From Acutalibacteraceae bacterium (GTDB taxonomy: Bacteria > Bacillota > Clostridia > Oscillospirales > Acutalibacteraceae), in NCBI GenBank assembly GCA_045598065.1, contig JAZLLJ010000030.1, forward strand, positions 7,832-71,831: 64,000 bases of DNA. Reading direction: 5' to 3'. Position numbers and translations under genes: made by a program. Below, piece by piece: positions 25,628-35,726 of this stretch (positions are counted from its first letter, which is position 1; every line of letters starts with the position of its first letter). Under the pieces are notes generated by a model. That model was not told the DNA's origin, did not search any database, and saw only the letters and a program-made list of their open reading frames with translations.

Positions 25628-26203
25628 TTACAAAAGCGATTTGAATCCGTAAAATGCAATCGCCATCAACCCCGCAGTCAACAGCGTAATGGGCATTCCC
25701 TTAAACGATTCGGGCACGTCGTTGTTGGCGATTTTTTCGCGCAATCCTGCCATCACCACAATCGCAATAAGGAAGCCGAGAGATGTGCCGAATCCGTTGG
25801 CCACCGAGGTCAAAAACCCGTTTTCCTGCTGCACGTTTTGCAACGCCACACCGAGCACCGCGCAGTTGGTGGTAATAAGCGGCAAATACACGCCGAGCGC
25901 CGCATACAGCGGACGGCTATACCGTTTGAGTGTCATTTCCACCAGTTGCACCAACGCCGCGATTACCAAGATAAAAGCGATGGTGTTCATATACTCCAAA
26001 TGGAGCGGCAACAAAACACCGGTATATAACAGCGACGTAATGGCAGAGGACAGCGTGACCACACACATAACCGCCAAACCCATACCGGCGGCGGTTTTCA
26101 GTTGTTTGGAGACGCCAAGGAACGGACAAAGTCCCAAAAACTGGCTTAAAACCACGTTGTTAACGAGCGCGGTAGTCAGCAAGAGAAGAAGCATGGTCGT
26201 CAT
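25628..26203 (-). CDS. rnfA: Rnf complex subunit A
   Basis: 191-aa polytopic membrane protein. NNVVLSQFLGLCPFLGVS motif typical of RnfA/NqrE. Confidence 0.9.
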   Translation of the reverse strand: MTTMLLLLLTTALVNNVVLSQFLGLCPFLGVSKQLKTAAGMGLAVMCVVTLSSAITSLLYTGVLLPLHLEYMNTIAFILVIAALVQLVEMTLKRYSRPLYAALGVYLPLITTNCAVLGVALQNVQQENGFLTSVANGFGTSLGFLIAIVVMAGLREKIANNDVPESFKGMPITLLTAGLMAIAFYGFKSLL

Positions 26204-26913
26204 CGGTCATCCCCCTCTCTCTTGGCATCTGCATCCGCGGCGCAACCCAAGCAGCCGGAGGGGCAAGCGGCACAGTTACCGGAGCAAGTGCGGTTTTTCG
26301 CTTTGGGGGTATTGGTTGCCGACGGCGCTTTCAGTTTGTTTTGCAGCGCCGTAAGGCACGCAAGCACAAAGAACGCGCCGGGCGCCATCGTAAAGATTGC
26401 GATGCGTGCCACGTTTTCCGGTACTACCGTCAGCCCGAACACCGAACCGTTACCAAGCAATTCGCGCACCGCACCGATACAGGTCAGCGCCAACGTGAAG
26501 CCAAGCCCCATTCCGAGACCGTCAAACAGCGACGGCCACACGGGATGTTTGGAGGCATACGCCTCAGCGCGACCGAGGATAATGCAGTTGACCACAATCA
26601 GCGGAATATACAGTCCGAGCGCCTCGTTCAGCGACGGGACGTAGGCTTGCATCAGCAGTTGAACCATCGTCACAAACGTGGCAACGATGACGATATAGGC
26701 AGGCATCCTCACTCTTTGCGGAATGACGTTGCGCAAAGCGGAAATCATCAGGTTGGACAGTGTCAGCACCGCCGCGGTGGAAAGTCCCATGCCGAGGCCG
26801 TTGATGGCCGCCGTTGTTACCGCGAGTGTCGGGCACATACCAAGCATCAGCACAAAAGTGGGGTTTTCTTTGATAAGGCCGTTATACAGCCGTTCCCACG
26901 CTTGTTTAAGCAT
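26200..26913 (-). CDS. rnfE: Rnf complex subunit E
   Basis: LIKENPTFVLMLGMCPTLAVTT motif typical of RnfE/NqrD. Cys-rich C-terminal tail. Confidence 0.9.
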   Translation of the reverse strand: MLKQAWERLYNGLIKENPTFVLMLGMCPTLAVTTAAINGLGMGLSTAAVLTLSNLMISALRNVIPQRVRMPAYIVIVATFVTMVQLLMQAYVPSLNEALGLYIPLIVVNCIILGRAEAYASKHPVWPSLFDGLGMGLGFTLALTCIGAVRELLGNGSVFGLTVVPENVARIAIFTMAPGAFFVLACLTALQNKLKAPSATNTPKAKNRTCSGNCAACPSGCLGCAADADAKREGDDR

Positions 26914-27517
26914 CGGCGCTCACCCCGCTTTCCGCCTCGCGTACCGTATACAACGCCGCGCCGCAAATTTCTTTCAGCGCGTTGGACGTGTAGGTGGCAC
27001 CGGAAATCATATCCACATCGGCGGCGGACTTGTCGCCGACAAAGGTTTTTTGGTAGTCTGCATCATCGCATTGTGCGCCGAAGCCGGCCGTCTCGCTGTG
27101 GGAGATGACGGTCAAACCGCAAATTTCTCCCTCGTTCGTCACACCCACGGCGGCCACGATGTCTCCGCCGTAACCGCTTTTGGACGTCACGGACAGCACG
27201 TAGCCGCACGGCGCGCCGTTCTTGTCCACCGCGCGGAGGATTTCCGACACGGATGCTTTTTTAAGCGACCAATCGCCGTCTTTCGCCTCGCCGGAAGCAA
27301 ACGCCTCGTTCGCATCCGAGAGAAGGTCTTCCGCCTTGTCGATGTTCTCGAAAGAGACATCATCAAATACTTTTTCATACGCCTCTTGTTTGGTTTCCTC
27401 GGCGGCTTTTTCGATCGGTTCTTTCGTCAGCGCATACACGCAGGAAAGCGCCACCGCCGCCACCAGCGTGATGGTGAACAGGATCAGGGCATCTTTGAGC
27501 AGTCCTTTTTTCTTCAT
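26906..27517 (-). CDS. rnfG: Rnf complex subunit G (FMN-binding)
   Basis: N-terminal TM anchor, FMN-binding domain with the flavinylation motif ISGATYTS. Confidence 0.9.
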   Translation of the reverse strand: MKKKGLLKDALILFTITLVAAVALSCVYALTKEPIEKAAEETKQEAYEKVFDDVSFENIDKAEDLLSDANEAFASGEAKDGDWSLKKASVSEILRAVDKNGAPCGYVLSVTSKSGYGGDIVAAVGVTNEGEICGLTVISHSETAGFGAQCDDADYQKTFVGDKSAADVDMISGATYTSNALKEICGAALYTVREAESGVSADA

Positions 27518-28497
27518 AAACGACCGCCCCCTTTACCGAACGCGCGGGGCATCGTGATTTTTTCAATCAGCGGCACCAGCAGGTTGGCGGTGATAATAGC
27601 GAACGATACGCCTTCCGGCATTTTGCCGAGAATACGGAACGCCGCCGTCAAAAAACCGAGGAACAATCCGTATAGCAATCGACCGCCGTTGGTAATCGGG
27701 CAGGTCACGTAGTCCGTCGCCATAAAGAAAGCGCCGAGCATCAAACCGCCGCCGCACAGCTGCGCAGCAAGATACGGCAGCATATCCATATCGGCAGGCA
27801 CAGCACCTTTCACGCTTGCAAACACCGCGAAAAACGCCGCAGCAGAGGCAAGATACGCCACGGGAATATGCCAGGTAATCACGCGGCGGAAGAACAAATA
27901 GGCCGCACCAATCAGCACCGCCGCCACCGAGGTTTCACCGATACAACCGGCGTGCGTTCCCAAAAACATACTCAAAAGATCTACGCTGTTGCCGGCTTTC
28001 ATTTCCGCAAGCGGCGTGGCGGAAGAGATAAGATCCACCGCTTTTTGCGTTTGTTCGGTATGAATCGGAAGATATTTTGTCATCTCCTGCGCAAACGAGA
28101 TAAACAAAAAGCAACGTGCCGCGAGCGCAGGGTTCATAATGTTTTGGCCGATACCGCCAAACAGTTGTTTTACTACGAGAACAGCAAAGATTCCGCCGAT
28201 AATCGGGATATACAGCGGCACGGATGCCGGCAAGCAATACGCCAGCAAAAGGCCGGTCACGACAGCACTACCGTCCGACACGGTCACGGGACGTTTCATC
28301 GCTTTTTGGAACACGAATTCCGTCAACATACAGGTAATAACGCTCGTCGCAATCACCCACAACGCCTTTAAGCCGAACAGATAAACACCGCAAATGCCGC
28401 AGGGCAAAAGCGCGATAACCACGTCCTGCATAATGCGCTCGGTGGTTACGTCACAGCGAATATGCGGCGCGGAAGAAACATGAATTTTATCGGTCAT
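27514..28497 (-). CDS. rnfD: Rnf complex subunit D
   Basis: Polytopic protein with SSAPHIR near the start and the RnfD/NqrB layout. The ORF opens at 28746, but the Met at 28497 overlaps the rnfC stop (ATGA) and gives the canonical MTDKIHVSSAPH start. Confidence 0.9.
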   Translation of the reverse strand: MTDKIHVSSAPHIRCDVTTERIMQDVVIALLPCGICGVYLFGLKALWVIATSVITCMLTEFVFQKAMKRPVTVSDGSAVVTGLLLAYCLPASVPLYIPIIGGIFAVLVVKQLFGGIGQNIMNPALAARCFLFISFAQEMTKYLPIHTEQTQKAVDLISSATPLAEMKAGNSVDLLSMFLGTHAGCIGETSVAAVLIGAAYLFFRRVITWHIPVAYLASAAAFFAVFASVKGAVPADMDMLPYLAAQLCGGGLMLGAFFMATDYVTCPITNGGRLLYGLFLGFLTAAFRILGKMPEGVSFAIITANLLVPLIEKITMPRAFGKGGGRL

Positions 28498-29840
28498 TTT
28501 TCTCCCCCGCTTTCTTTCGTGGATTTTACTTGTAACAGGGCTTTGGTTTTCCGTCGGGCATATTGGAAACTTTGTGTCAACGGAATTTTTGCAGGACAGA
28601 CGTACGTACACGAGCCGCACTCGATACACTCCATCCCGTTGAGCTCCATAAACCGCTCGAAATCCTCCGCTTGCGCAGCAGCATGCATCGAACGTGGCAC
28701 GAGCAGTTCCGGGCAGGCGCGCAAGCACCGTCCGCAATGGATGCACGCGGTGGTTTTCGACTGTTCCACCTCGTCCTCGGCAAATGCGAGGATGCAGGAA
28801 GAGGTTTTTACCACGGGAATTTCGAGAGAGAACAACGAAAGTCCCATCATCGGGCCGCCGGAAATCACTTTTTTCGGTTCTCCGATAAAGCCGCCCGCTT
28901 CTTCCACAACGTGGGAGTACAAATCACCGCAGGCAACGCGCAGGTTGCACGGATGTTTCACCGCATCACCGGACACCGTAACCACACGGTGCGTCAGCGG
29001 CAACCCGTCGCACACCGCTTCTTCAATCGCGACCATCGTGGCGATGTTGTCCACAAGGCAGCCAACCGCGGCAGGCAGTTGACCGGAGTGGATATCCCGA
29101 CCGGTCACGGCGTGGATAAGCATCCTCTCGTCGCCTTCGGGGTACTTGGTTTTAAGCGGCGCCACCGAAATGCGCGGCTCGCTTGCCACTTTTTCGCTCA
29201 AAAGCCGAATGGCTTCGGGTTTGTTTTTCTCAATAGCGATAATCGCCTTGGCATGGGGGAACATCGACAAAACGATTTGCAATCCGCGAATGATTTTGTC
29301 GGGCTGCTCTATCATCAGCCGATAGTCTGTGGTGAGGTACGGCTCACATTCCACACCGTTGGCAATAATCGTATCAATTTCCTCCGGCTTCGGAGGGCTC
29401 AGTTTGATATGTGTCGGGAAGCCTGCACCGCCGAGACCGACGATACCGGCACCTTTGATAATCTCGCGAATTTCATCCGGCGACAGTTGGGTATAATCCC
29501 GTTTTTGACCGAAACCCTCAATCGTTTCGTACTGTTCGTCGTTTTCCACTACAATGGCATCAATCATCTCGCCGCGCACACCGAGGAACGCGCCCACGCG
29601 CGTGACGGTGCCGGACACAGCAGAGATAACGTCGGCAGACACCGCAGCAGAAGCGGCGGCAATCGTCTGACCGACCAACACGCGGTCTCCTTGGGAAACA
29701 AGTGGCGAAGCAGGACGCCCGATATGCTGCGCCAACGGGTACGCCATAATCTTTCCGGGCAAAATCTCACGAATGACTTCATTTTCCGCCAACGCTTTGT
29801 TGCCATCCACGTGAACACCGTGTGCAAAAGAACGCCACAT
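28494..29840 (-). CDS. rnfC: Rnf complex subunit C
   Basis: 448 aa. NADH-binding GLGGAGFPTHIK motif and two CxxCxxCxxxCP clusters at the C-terminus. Confidence 0.92.
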   Translation of the reverse strand: MWRSFAHGVHVDGNKALAENEVIREILPGKIMAYPLAQHIGRPASPLVSQGDRVLVGQTIAAASAAVSADVISAVSGTVTRVGAFLGVRGEMIDAIVVENDEQYETIEGFGQKRDYTQLSPDEIREIIKGAGIVGLGGAGFPTHIKLSPPKPEEIDTIIANGVECEPYLTTDYRLMIEQPDKIIRGLQIVLSMFPHAKAIIAIEKNKPEAIRLLSEKVASEPRISVAPLKTKYPEGDERMLIHAVTGRDIHSGQLPAAVGCLVDNIATMVAIEEAVCDGLPLTHRVVTVSGDAVKHPCNLRVACGDLYSHVVEEAGGFIGEPKKVISGGPMMGLSLFSLEIPVVKTSSCILAFAEDEVEQSKTTACIHCGRCLRACPELLVPRSMHAAAQAEDFERFMELNGMECIECGSCTYVCPAKIPLTQSFQYARRKTKALLQVKSTKESGGEK

Positions 29841-30006
29841 ATCGTTTCCCTCCTTTTGGGCGAAATACTGAGAAATAAAAAATCACCCATTCTCCGTGAG
29901 TATATCATAGCTTATATAATAAATCTATGTTTTCGCGCATTTTTATAAATATTTCGACAGAATTTACAACAGAACCAAAATTTATAGCCTTTTGGAATGG
30001 TTTTTG

Positions 30007-30036
30007 TTGACAAATCCCCTTTCTATGCGGTAGAAT
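30007..30036 (+). promoter_or_regulatory. sigma-A-type promoter for glnA (type III)
   Basis: TTGACA (30007-30012), 18-nt spacer, TAGAAT (30031-30036). AGGAGG RBS before the ATG at 30071. Confidence 0.5.
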
Positions 30037-30070
30037 AACCATAGGAATGTATAAAAGGAGGGGATTTCCC

Positions 30071-32176
30071 ATGACCAATATTCCGGAAATCTTCGGCTCG
30101 ATGGTTTTCGGCGATTCCGCAATGAAACGGTATCTGCCGTCGGACACCTATCGCGCTTTAAAAAATACTATGGAGAACGGCAAGCGTTTAGATCCCGCTT
30201 TGGCCAACGATATCGCCGCGGCAATGCGTGACTGGGCGGTGGAACGCGGTGCGACGCACTATACCCACTGGTTCCAGCCGATGACCGGCATCACCGCCGA
30301 AAAACACGACAGCTTCCTGATGCCCGACGGCAAAGGCGGCGTCATTATGGAATTCTCCGGCAAAGAACTGGTCAAAGGCGAGTCGGATGCATCCAGCTTC
30401 CCCTCCGGCGGTCTGCGCGCCACCTTCGAGGCACGCGGCTACACCGCATGGGATCCCACGTCCTACGCGTTCATCAAAGACAACACGCTTTGCATCCCCA
30501 CGGCGTTCTGCTCGTTCGGCGGCGAAGCGCTCGATAAGAAAACGCCGCTCCTCCGCTCGATGGAAGCGGTCAGCCGCGAGGCACTCCGCGTTCTCCGTCT
30601 GTTCGAGGTGGGCGAAAAGTCCGCTATCAATATGGTCCATCCCACCGTCGGCGCCGAGCAAGAATATTTCCTCGTTGACCGTGCGATGTTTGATGCTCGC
30701 CGCGACTTGATTTTCACCGGCCGCACGCTGTTCGGTGCAAAACCGCCACGCGGTCAGGATTTGGATGACCACTATTTCGGTACCATCAAACCCCGTGTCG
30801 CCGCCTTTATGCGCGACTTGGACGAAGAGCTGTGGAAACTGGGCGTTTACGCCAAAACCGAACATAACGAGGCCGCTCCCGGACAACACGAGTTGGCCCC
30901 GTTCTATAACACGGTCAACATCGCCACCGACCACAACCAGTTGACCATGGAAACCATGAAAAAACTCGCCACCCGTCATGGGATGGTGTGCCTGCTCCAC
31001 GAAAAGCCCTTTGCAGGTGTCAACGGTTCGGGCAAACATATCAACTGGTCGTTGCAAACCGATACCGGCGAAAACCTCTTTGAACCGGGCGACACGCCGC
31101 ACCAAAACGCTCGCTTTCTCTTGTTCCTCTGTGCAGTGATTAAAGGCGTAGATGAACATCAAGACCTTCTGCGTATCTCGGTTGCCGGCCCCGGCAACGA
31201 CCACCGTCTCGGCGCGAACGAGGCACCACCTGCCGTGGTATCGCTGTTCCTCGGGGACGAACTGACCGAGATTCTCACCGCAATCGAAGAAGGCATCCCC
31301 TACGATCCGAAAGAAACCGTGTCGATGAAAGTGGGCGTGCACGTACTGCCCCGTTTCCCGAAAGACACCACCGACCGCAACCGCACCTCGCCGTGTGCCT
31401 TTACCGGCAACAAATTCGAATTGCGGATGCTCGGTTCTTCCGCCTCGGTTGCCGGCCCGAACATCGCCTTAAACACCATCGTCGCCGACGAGTTAGCGCA
31501 GTTCGCCACTCGTTTGGAATCGGCAAGAGATTTTCAAGCGGAGATGCACAACCTTATCCGCGAAACCATCCATGCCCACAAACGCATCATCTTCAACGGC
31601 AACGGCTACGATGACCGCTGGATTGCCGAAGCAACGCAAGGCCGCGGTTTGCTCAATCTCAAAACCACACCCGATTGCCTGCCCTACTGGGTTTCCAGTA
31701 AAAATGTGGCGCTGTTCTCCCGTCATCGGGTGTTCACCGAAAGCGAGCTCCGTTCGCGTTGCGAAATCTTGCTCGAAAATTACGTCAAAGTGCTGAACAT
31801 CGAAGCGCTGACCATGCTCGATATGGCGCGCAAAGATATCTATCCGGCAGTGTCCGGCTATCTGCGTAAACTGTCCGAGAGCGTTCTCCTTCGCAAAACC
31901 GCTTTGCCGGAAGCGAACGTCGCCTCGCCGGAAGAAACCGTTATCGCAAAACTGTCCACGCTGCTGGATGCGCTGGGCAAAGAGATTGACACGCTCGATG
32001 CTGCTTTGTCTAAGGCGAAAGAGTATCCCGATGCGTGGGAACTTTCCGTCTACTACCGCGACTACGTGCTGCGCGCGATGAACGCTCTGCGCGAAACAGC
32101 GGACGAAATGGAAACGCTCACCGCCAAAGCGGATTGGCCGTTCCCCACCTACGGCGACATTCTTTTCAGCGTCTAA
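30071..32176 (+). CDS. glnA: glutamine synthetase, type III
   Basis: About 700 aa, the size of a GSIII. EQEYFLVD and HNEAAPGQHELAP catalytic-domain motifs, and the GSIII-type N-terminus IPEIFGSMVFGDSAMKRYLP. Confidence 0.9.
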   Translation: MTNIPEIFGSMVFGDSAMKRYLPSDTYRALKNTMENGKRLDPALANDIAAAMRDWAVERGATHYTHWFQPMTGITAEKHDSFLMPDGKGGVIMEFSGKELVKGESDASSFPSGGLRATFEARGYTAWDPTSYAFIKDNTLCIPTAFCSFGGEALDKKTPLLRSMEAVSREALRVLRLFEVGEKSAINMVHPTVGAEQEYFLVDRAMFDARRDLIFTGRTLFGAKPPRGQDLDDHYFGTIKPRVAAFMRDLDEELWKLGVYAKTEHNEAAPGQHELAPFYNTVNIATDHNQLTMETMKKLATRHGMVCLLHEKPFAGVNGSGKHINWSLQTDTGENLFEPGDTPHQNARFLLFLCAVIKGVDEHQDLLRISVAGPGNDHRLGANEAPPAVVSLFLGDELTEILTAIEEGIPYDPKETVSMKVGVHVLPRFPKDTTDRNRTSPCAFTGNKFELRMLGSSASVAGPNIALNTIVADELAQFATRLESARDFQAEMHNLIRETIHAHKRIIFNGNGYDDRWIAEATQGRGLLNLKTTPDCLPYWVSSKNVALFSRHRVFTESELRSRCEILLENYVKVLNIEALTMLDMARKDIYPAVSGYLRKLSESVLLRKTALPEANVASPEETVIAKLSTLLDALGKEIDTLDAALSKAKEYPDAWELSVYYRDYVLRAMNALRETADEMETLTAKADWPFPTYGDILFSV

Positions 32177-32190
32177 ATAACCAACCGCTC

Positions 32191-32224
32191 GGGCGGCTTT
32201 CTTTCGGGAGAGCCGCCCTTTTCT
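32191..32224 (+). terminator. rho-independent terminator after glnA
   Basis: GGGCGGCT-ttctttcgggag-AGCCGCCC followed by TTTTCT. Confidence 0.7.
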
Positions 32225-32239
32225 AAAAGGAGATGCCTT

Positions 32240-32890
32240 ATGGATAAATCTGCCATTCTCGCGCGCGTGGACCACACTCTGCTTTCCCCCACCGCCACGC
32301 GAGACGAACTGTATGCCCTTTGCGACGATGCCCGAAAATTTGCCTGCGCCTCGGTGTGTGTGCCACCGTCGCTCGTAAGCGCTGCCTATCGCTATATGAA
32401 AAAGCGTTTTCCGGTGTGCACCGTCATCGGTTTCCCGAACGGCTACAACTCCACCGCCGCCAAAATCGCGGAAGCGCGGCTTGCCATTGAAGACGGCGCG
32501 ACCGAGCTGGATATGGTGGTCAATTTAGGGATGGTGAAAGAGGGCGATTTTGCTGCTGTCACCGCCGAAATTGCCGCGCTCAAAGCAGTGTGCGGCGACC
32601 TTGTACTCAAAGTCATTGTGGAGACCTGCCTTTTGACCGAAGAGGAGAAAATCGCGCTGTGTCACTGTGTTTCGGATGCCGGCGCGGATTTTATCAAAAC
32701 CTCTACCGGCTTTTCGAAAGGCGGCGCCACAGTGGAAGATATCGCGCTGTTCAAGGCACACGTTGCCGAAAACGTCAAAATCAAAGCCGCCGGCGGCATT
32801 CGCACCTTTGAAGCCGCCGAAACGCTGATTAAAGCCGGCGCGGACCGCATCGGCGCCTCCGCGCTTGTGAAACTGATGAAAGAATCCTAA
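32240..32890 (+). CDS. deoC: deoxyribose-phosphate aldolase
   Basis: 216 aa. VDHTLL start region and Schiff-base lysine context DFIKTSTGF. Confidence 0.9.
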   Translation: MDKSAILARVDHTLLSPTATRDELYALCDDARKFACASVCVPPSLVSAAYRYMKKRFPVCTVIGFPNGYNSTAAKIAEARLAIEDGATELDMVVNLGMVKEGDFAAVTAEIAALKAVCGDLVLKVIVETCLLTEEEKIALCHCVSDAGADFIKTSTGFSKGGATVEDIALFKAHVAENVKIKAAGGIRTFEAAETLIKAGADRIGASALVKLMKES

Positions 32891-32908
32891 CGAAAAGGAG
32901 TGTTGTTT

Positions 32909-33631
32909 ATGATTCCCTCTACCCCCCATATCAAACTGCAAAACGACCGCGGTTTTGCCAAAACCGTGTTGATGCCCGGCGATCCGCTCCGCTCGAAATA
33001 TATCGCCGAAAATCTGATGACCGATGCCGTTTTAGTCAACGACGTGCGCGGTGTGCAGGGCTATACCGGTCTTTATAATGGCAAGCCCGTGTCGGTGATG
33101 GCAAGCGGTATGGGAATGCCGTCTATCGGCATTTACTCCTACGAACTCTATACAAAATTCGGCGTGGAAACCATTCTCCGTGTCGGTTCTGCCGGCGCAA
33201 TGCAGGAACATCTCCATTTGCGCGACGTGGTGGCCGGCGCCGGCGCTTGTACCAACTCGAATTTTGCCGCTCAATACGGACTTTCCGGCACGTTTGCCCC
33301 TATCGCCGACTACGGCACACTCAAAAAAGCGGAAGCCGCCGCGGCAGAAATGGGGCTGACACTTCACGTAGGCAACATTCTCTCCTCCGACACGTTTTAT
33401 TCGGACGATACCGAAGCCAACGCGAATTGGAAAAAGATGGGCGTGCTCGCGGTGGAAATGGAAGCCGCCGCACTCTATATGACCGCGGCGCGGTGCGGCA
33501 AAAAGGCGCTTTGCCTTTGCACCATCTCCGATTTGCTGTTTGACCAAAGCCGTGAACTCACCCCCGACGAACGCCAACAGGGAATGAACGATATGCTCCG
33601 TTTGGCATTGAATGTCGCTACCGCCGATTGA
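32909..33631 (+). CDS. deoD: purine nucleoside phosphorylase (DeoD type)
   Basis: TPHI...GDPLR, GMGMPSIGIYSYEL and AVEMEAAAL motifs. AGGAG RBS 8 nt upstream of the ATG at 32909 (the ORF opens at 32900). Confidence 0.9.
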   Translation: MIPSTPHIKLQNDRGFAKTVLMPGDPLRSKYIAENLMTDAVLVNDVRGVQGYTGLYNGKPVSVMASGMGMPSIGIYSYELYTKFGVETILRVGSAGAMQEHLHLRDVVAGAGACTNSNFAAQYGLSGTFAPIADYGTLKKAEAAAAEMGLTLHVGNILSSDTFYSDDTEANANWKKMGVLAVEMEAAALYMTAARCGKKALCLCTISDLLFDQSRELTPDERQQGMNDMLRLALNVATAD

Positions 33632-33642
33632 AAGGAAAAACT

Positions 33643-34815
33643 ATGACCAAACGTATTTTTTGGATTGTGCTCGACAGCCTCGGCATCGGCCATGCACCGG
33701 ATGCCGCCGCTTTCGGTGACGAGGGAAGCCACACCTTAAAAAGCGCCTATTCCGATCCCGTTTGCCGTCTGCCCAACCTGCAGAAACTGGGACTTTTCAA
33801 CATCGAAGAAGTAGACTGCGGCGAAGCAATCACCGCTCCTACTGCCGCTTTCGGTCGCCTCACCGAGCGTTCCGGCGGCAAAGACACCACTTCCGGCCAC
33901 TGGGAAATGGCAGGACTTGTGTCTGAAACGCCGTTTCCCACCTATCCGAATGGGTTCCCCGACGAAATCCTACAAAAATTTTCCAAAAAAACCGGCCGCG
34001 GCGTTTTATGCAACATGCCCTATTCCGGTACGGAAGTCATTAAGGACTACGGCGAGGAACATCTGAAAACCGGCGACCTTATCGTGTACACTTCGGCGGA
34101 CAGCGTATTCCAAATCGCCGCCCACGAGGACGTCGTGCCGGTAAAAACACTGTACGAATATTGCCAAATCGCCCGTGATATCTTGCAGGGCGAACACGGT
34201 GTCGGCCGCGTCATCGCGCGCCCGTTTGTGGGCACTTGCGCCGCCGATTTCACTCGTACTCCCCGTCGTCACGATTTTTCGCTTGTGCCGCCGAAAGACA
34301 CGGTGCTGAACGTGGCGGAAAATGCAGGACTTTCGGTGATTTCTATCGGAAAAATCCGCGATATTTTTGCCGGAAGCGGCATCACCGAGTCGAATCCCAC
34401 CACCGGCAACACCGACGGGATGGACAAAACGCTCGCGGTTGCCGACCGCGATTTTACCGGCATCTGCTTTACGAATTTAGTCGATTTTGATATGCTCTAC
34501 GGCCATCGCAACGACATCCACGGTTACGCCGCCGCTTTAGCGGAATTTGACGCGTGGCTTCCGCAACTGCTCGAAAAACTCAAAGCCGACGACGTGTTGC
34601 TCATCACCGGCGACCACGGCTGTGATCCTGCCACCGACAGCACCGACCACTCTCGCGAGCGCGTACCGCTTCTCGTTTACGGAAACGCCGTCAAATCGGG
34701 GAATTTCGGCACACGCGCCTGCTTTGCCGACCTCGGCAAAACCGTTGCGGATTTGCTGGGAATCGACGGCTCTTCCCTTTCGGGCGAAAGCTTCAAAAAG
34801 GAGATTGTAAAATGA
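33643..34815 (+). CDS. deoB: phosphopentomutase
   Basis: VLDSLGIG, TSGHWEMAG and TGDHGCDP motifs of the alkaline-phosphatase-superfamily mutase DeoB. Confidence 0.9.
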   Translation: MTKRIFWIVLDSLGIGHAPDAAAFGDEGSHTLKSAYSDPVCRLPNLQKLGLFNIEEVDCGEAITAPTAAFGRLTERSGGKDTTSGHWEMAGLVSETPFPTYPNGFPDEILQKFSKKTGRGVLCNMPYSGTEVIKDYGEEHLKTGDLIVYTSADSVFQIAAHEDVVPVKTLYEYCQIARDILQGEHGVGRVIARPFVGTCAADFTRTPRRHDFSLVPPKDTVLNVAENAGLSVISIGKIRDIFAGSGITESNPTTGNTDGMDKTLAVADRDFTGICFTNLVDFDMLYGHRNDIHGYAAALAEFDAWLPQLLEKLKADDVLLITGDHGCDPATDSTDHSRERVPLLVYGNAVKSGNFGTRACFADLGKTVADLLGIDGSSLSGESFKKEIVK

Positions 34816-35219
34816 ACGAATGGAATTTGATAGAAGCCGCCGAACAGGCGCGCAAACACGCCTACGTCCCCTATTCCCACTTTGCGGTTGGCGCGGCGCT
34901 CCTTTGTGCCGACGGCACGGTAGTGACCGGTTGTAACGTGGAAAACGCATCCTATCCGCTCGGCAACTGCGCCGAGCGAACGGCGATTTTTGCCGCCGTC
35001 GCCGCCGGAAAACGGGAGTTCTCCGCTCTCGCTATCGTCGGCGGAAAAGAAAACGAATCCGCCGACACACTTTGCCCTCCGTGCGGCGCCTGTCGGCAGG
35101 TCATCCGTGAATTTTGCGCTCCGGATTTCCCCGTTTTTCTCAAAAACGGCAGCGAAATCGTCCACCGCACACTTTCCGAGCTTCTTCCCGACAGTTTTGG
35201 ACCGGATAACCTCGCCTGA
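34812..35219 (+). CDS. cdd: cytidine deaminase
   Basis: 135 aa with zinc motifs CAERTAIF and PCGACRQV. Confidence 0.92.
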   Translation: MNEWNLIEAAEQARKHAYVPYSHFAVGAALLCADGTVVTGCNVENASYPLGNCAERTAIFAAVAAGKREFSALAIVGGKENESADTLCPPCGACRQVIREFCAPDFPVFLKNGSEIVHRTLSELLPDSFGPDNLA

Positions 35220-35294
35220 TATCACCGTTTTGCTGTAAAGCGTTTCGCCTTTTCGCATCAGAAAAATTCTCTTGATTCATCCAAGCGTCCTTCA

Positions 35295-35329
35295 AAGAAA
35301 CCGCTTTCCAAAGCGGTTTCTTTTGTTTT
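35295..35329 (+). terminator. rho-independent terminator after the deo-cdd operon
   Basis: AAAGAAACCGCTTT-cca-AAGCGGTTTCTTTTGTTTT. Confidence 0.8.
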
Positions 35330-35440
35330 ATCTTTTTTCGTCGAAACGGGCAACATCTCGAAAAAGTATAAAGCGAAATCCCTTTACGAATTCGCGCATT
35401 TTCCCCAACGCGAAAAGTGACGAAATCCGCGAAAAAACTA

Positions 35441-35469
35441 TTGACATTTCGATTGTTTTTCTGTATAGT
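35441..35469 (+). promoter_or_regulatory. near-consensus sigma-A promoter for the pot operon
   Basis: TTGACA (35441-35446), 17-nt spacer, TATAGT (35464-35469). Confidence 0.65.
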
Positions 35470-35474
35470 TATAT

Positions 35475-35712
35475 CGTTGCTTTCTTATATATATAAAAAA
35501 GAATGCGTCTTTTTTCCATCGGCAGGTGCCGATAGCGGCAGAAACGAATACGCCGCAGGCGACTTTTTTCAAAAAAGTACGCTTGTGAAAAACCCTTTGC
35601 GGAGGGCGTTTTCAAAATCTGCCGCGGTTTCTTGTTCCAAGGAACGCCGGAACGTTCGATTTCGGCTGACTACGGGAGACTTCATACGCGGTCAAATCCG
35701 CGTATCCGCAAA
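35475..35712 (+). promoter_or_regulatory. ~240-nt structured 5-prime leader of potA (candidate cis-regulatory RNA)
   Basis: It lies between the promoter and the potA RBS. Stems seen are ATCGGCA-gg-TGCCGAT, GCGGC-n12-GCCGC and ACGCGG-tcaaat-CCGCGT, the last just before the RBS. ORF 35417-35773 in it has no RBS. Confidence 0.4.
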
Positions 35713-35726
35713 GGGGGATGCACTCA

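Noticed and set aside
28563-29948. 461-aa plus-strand ORF over rnfC, and similar long antisense ORFs at 19139-20338, 42593-43867, 44366-45589, 47563-49308, 51433-52200 and 51569-52867
   Set aside because: All lie opposite genes with clear motifs or far longer ORFs. Their translations are dominated by R/H/F/V runs, or by repeats that mirror the sense-strand repeats. I treat them as shadow ORFs.
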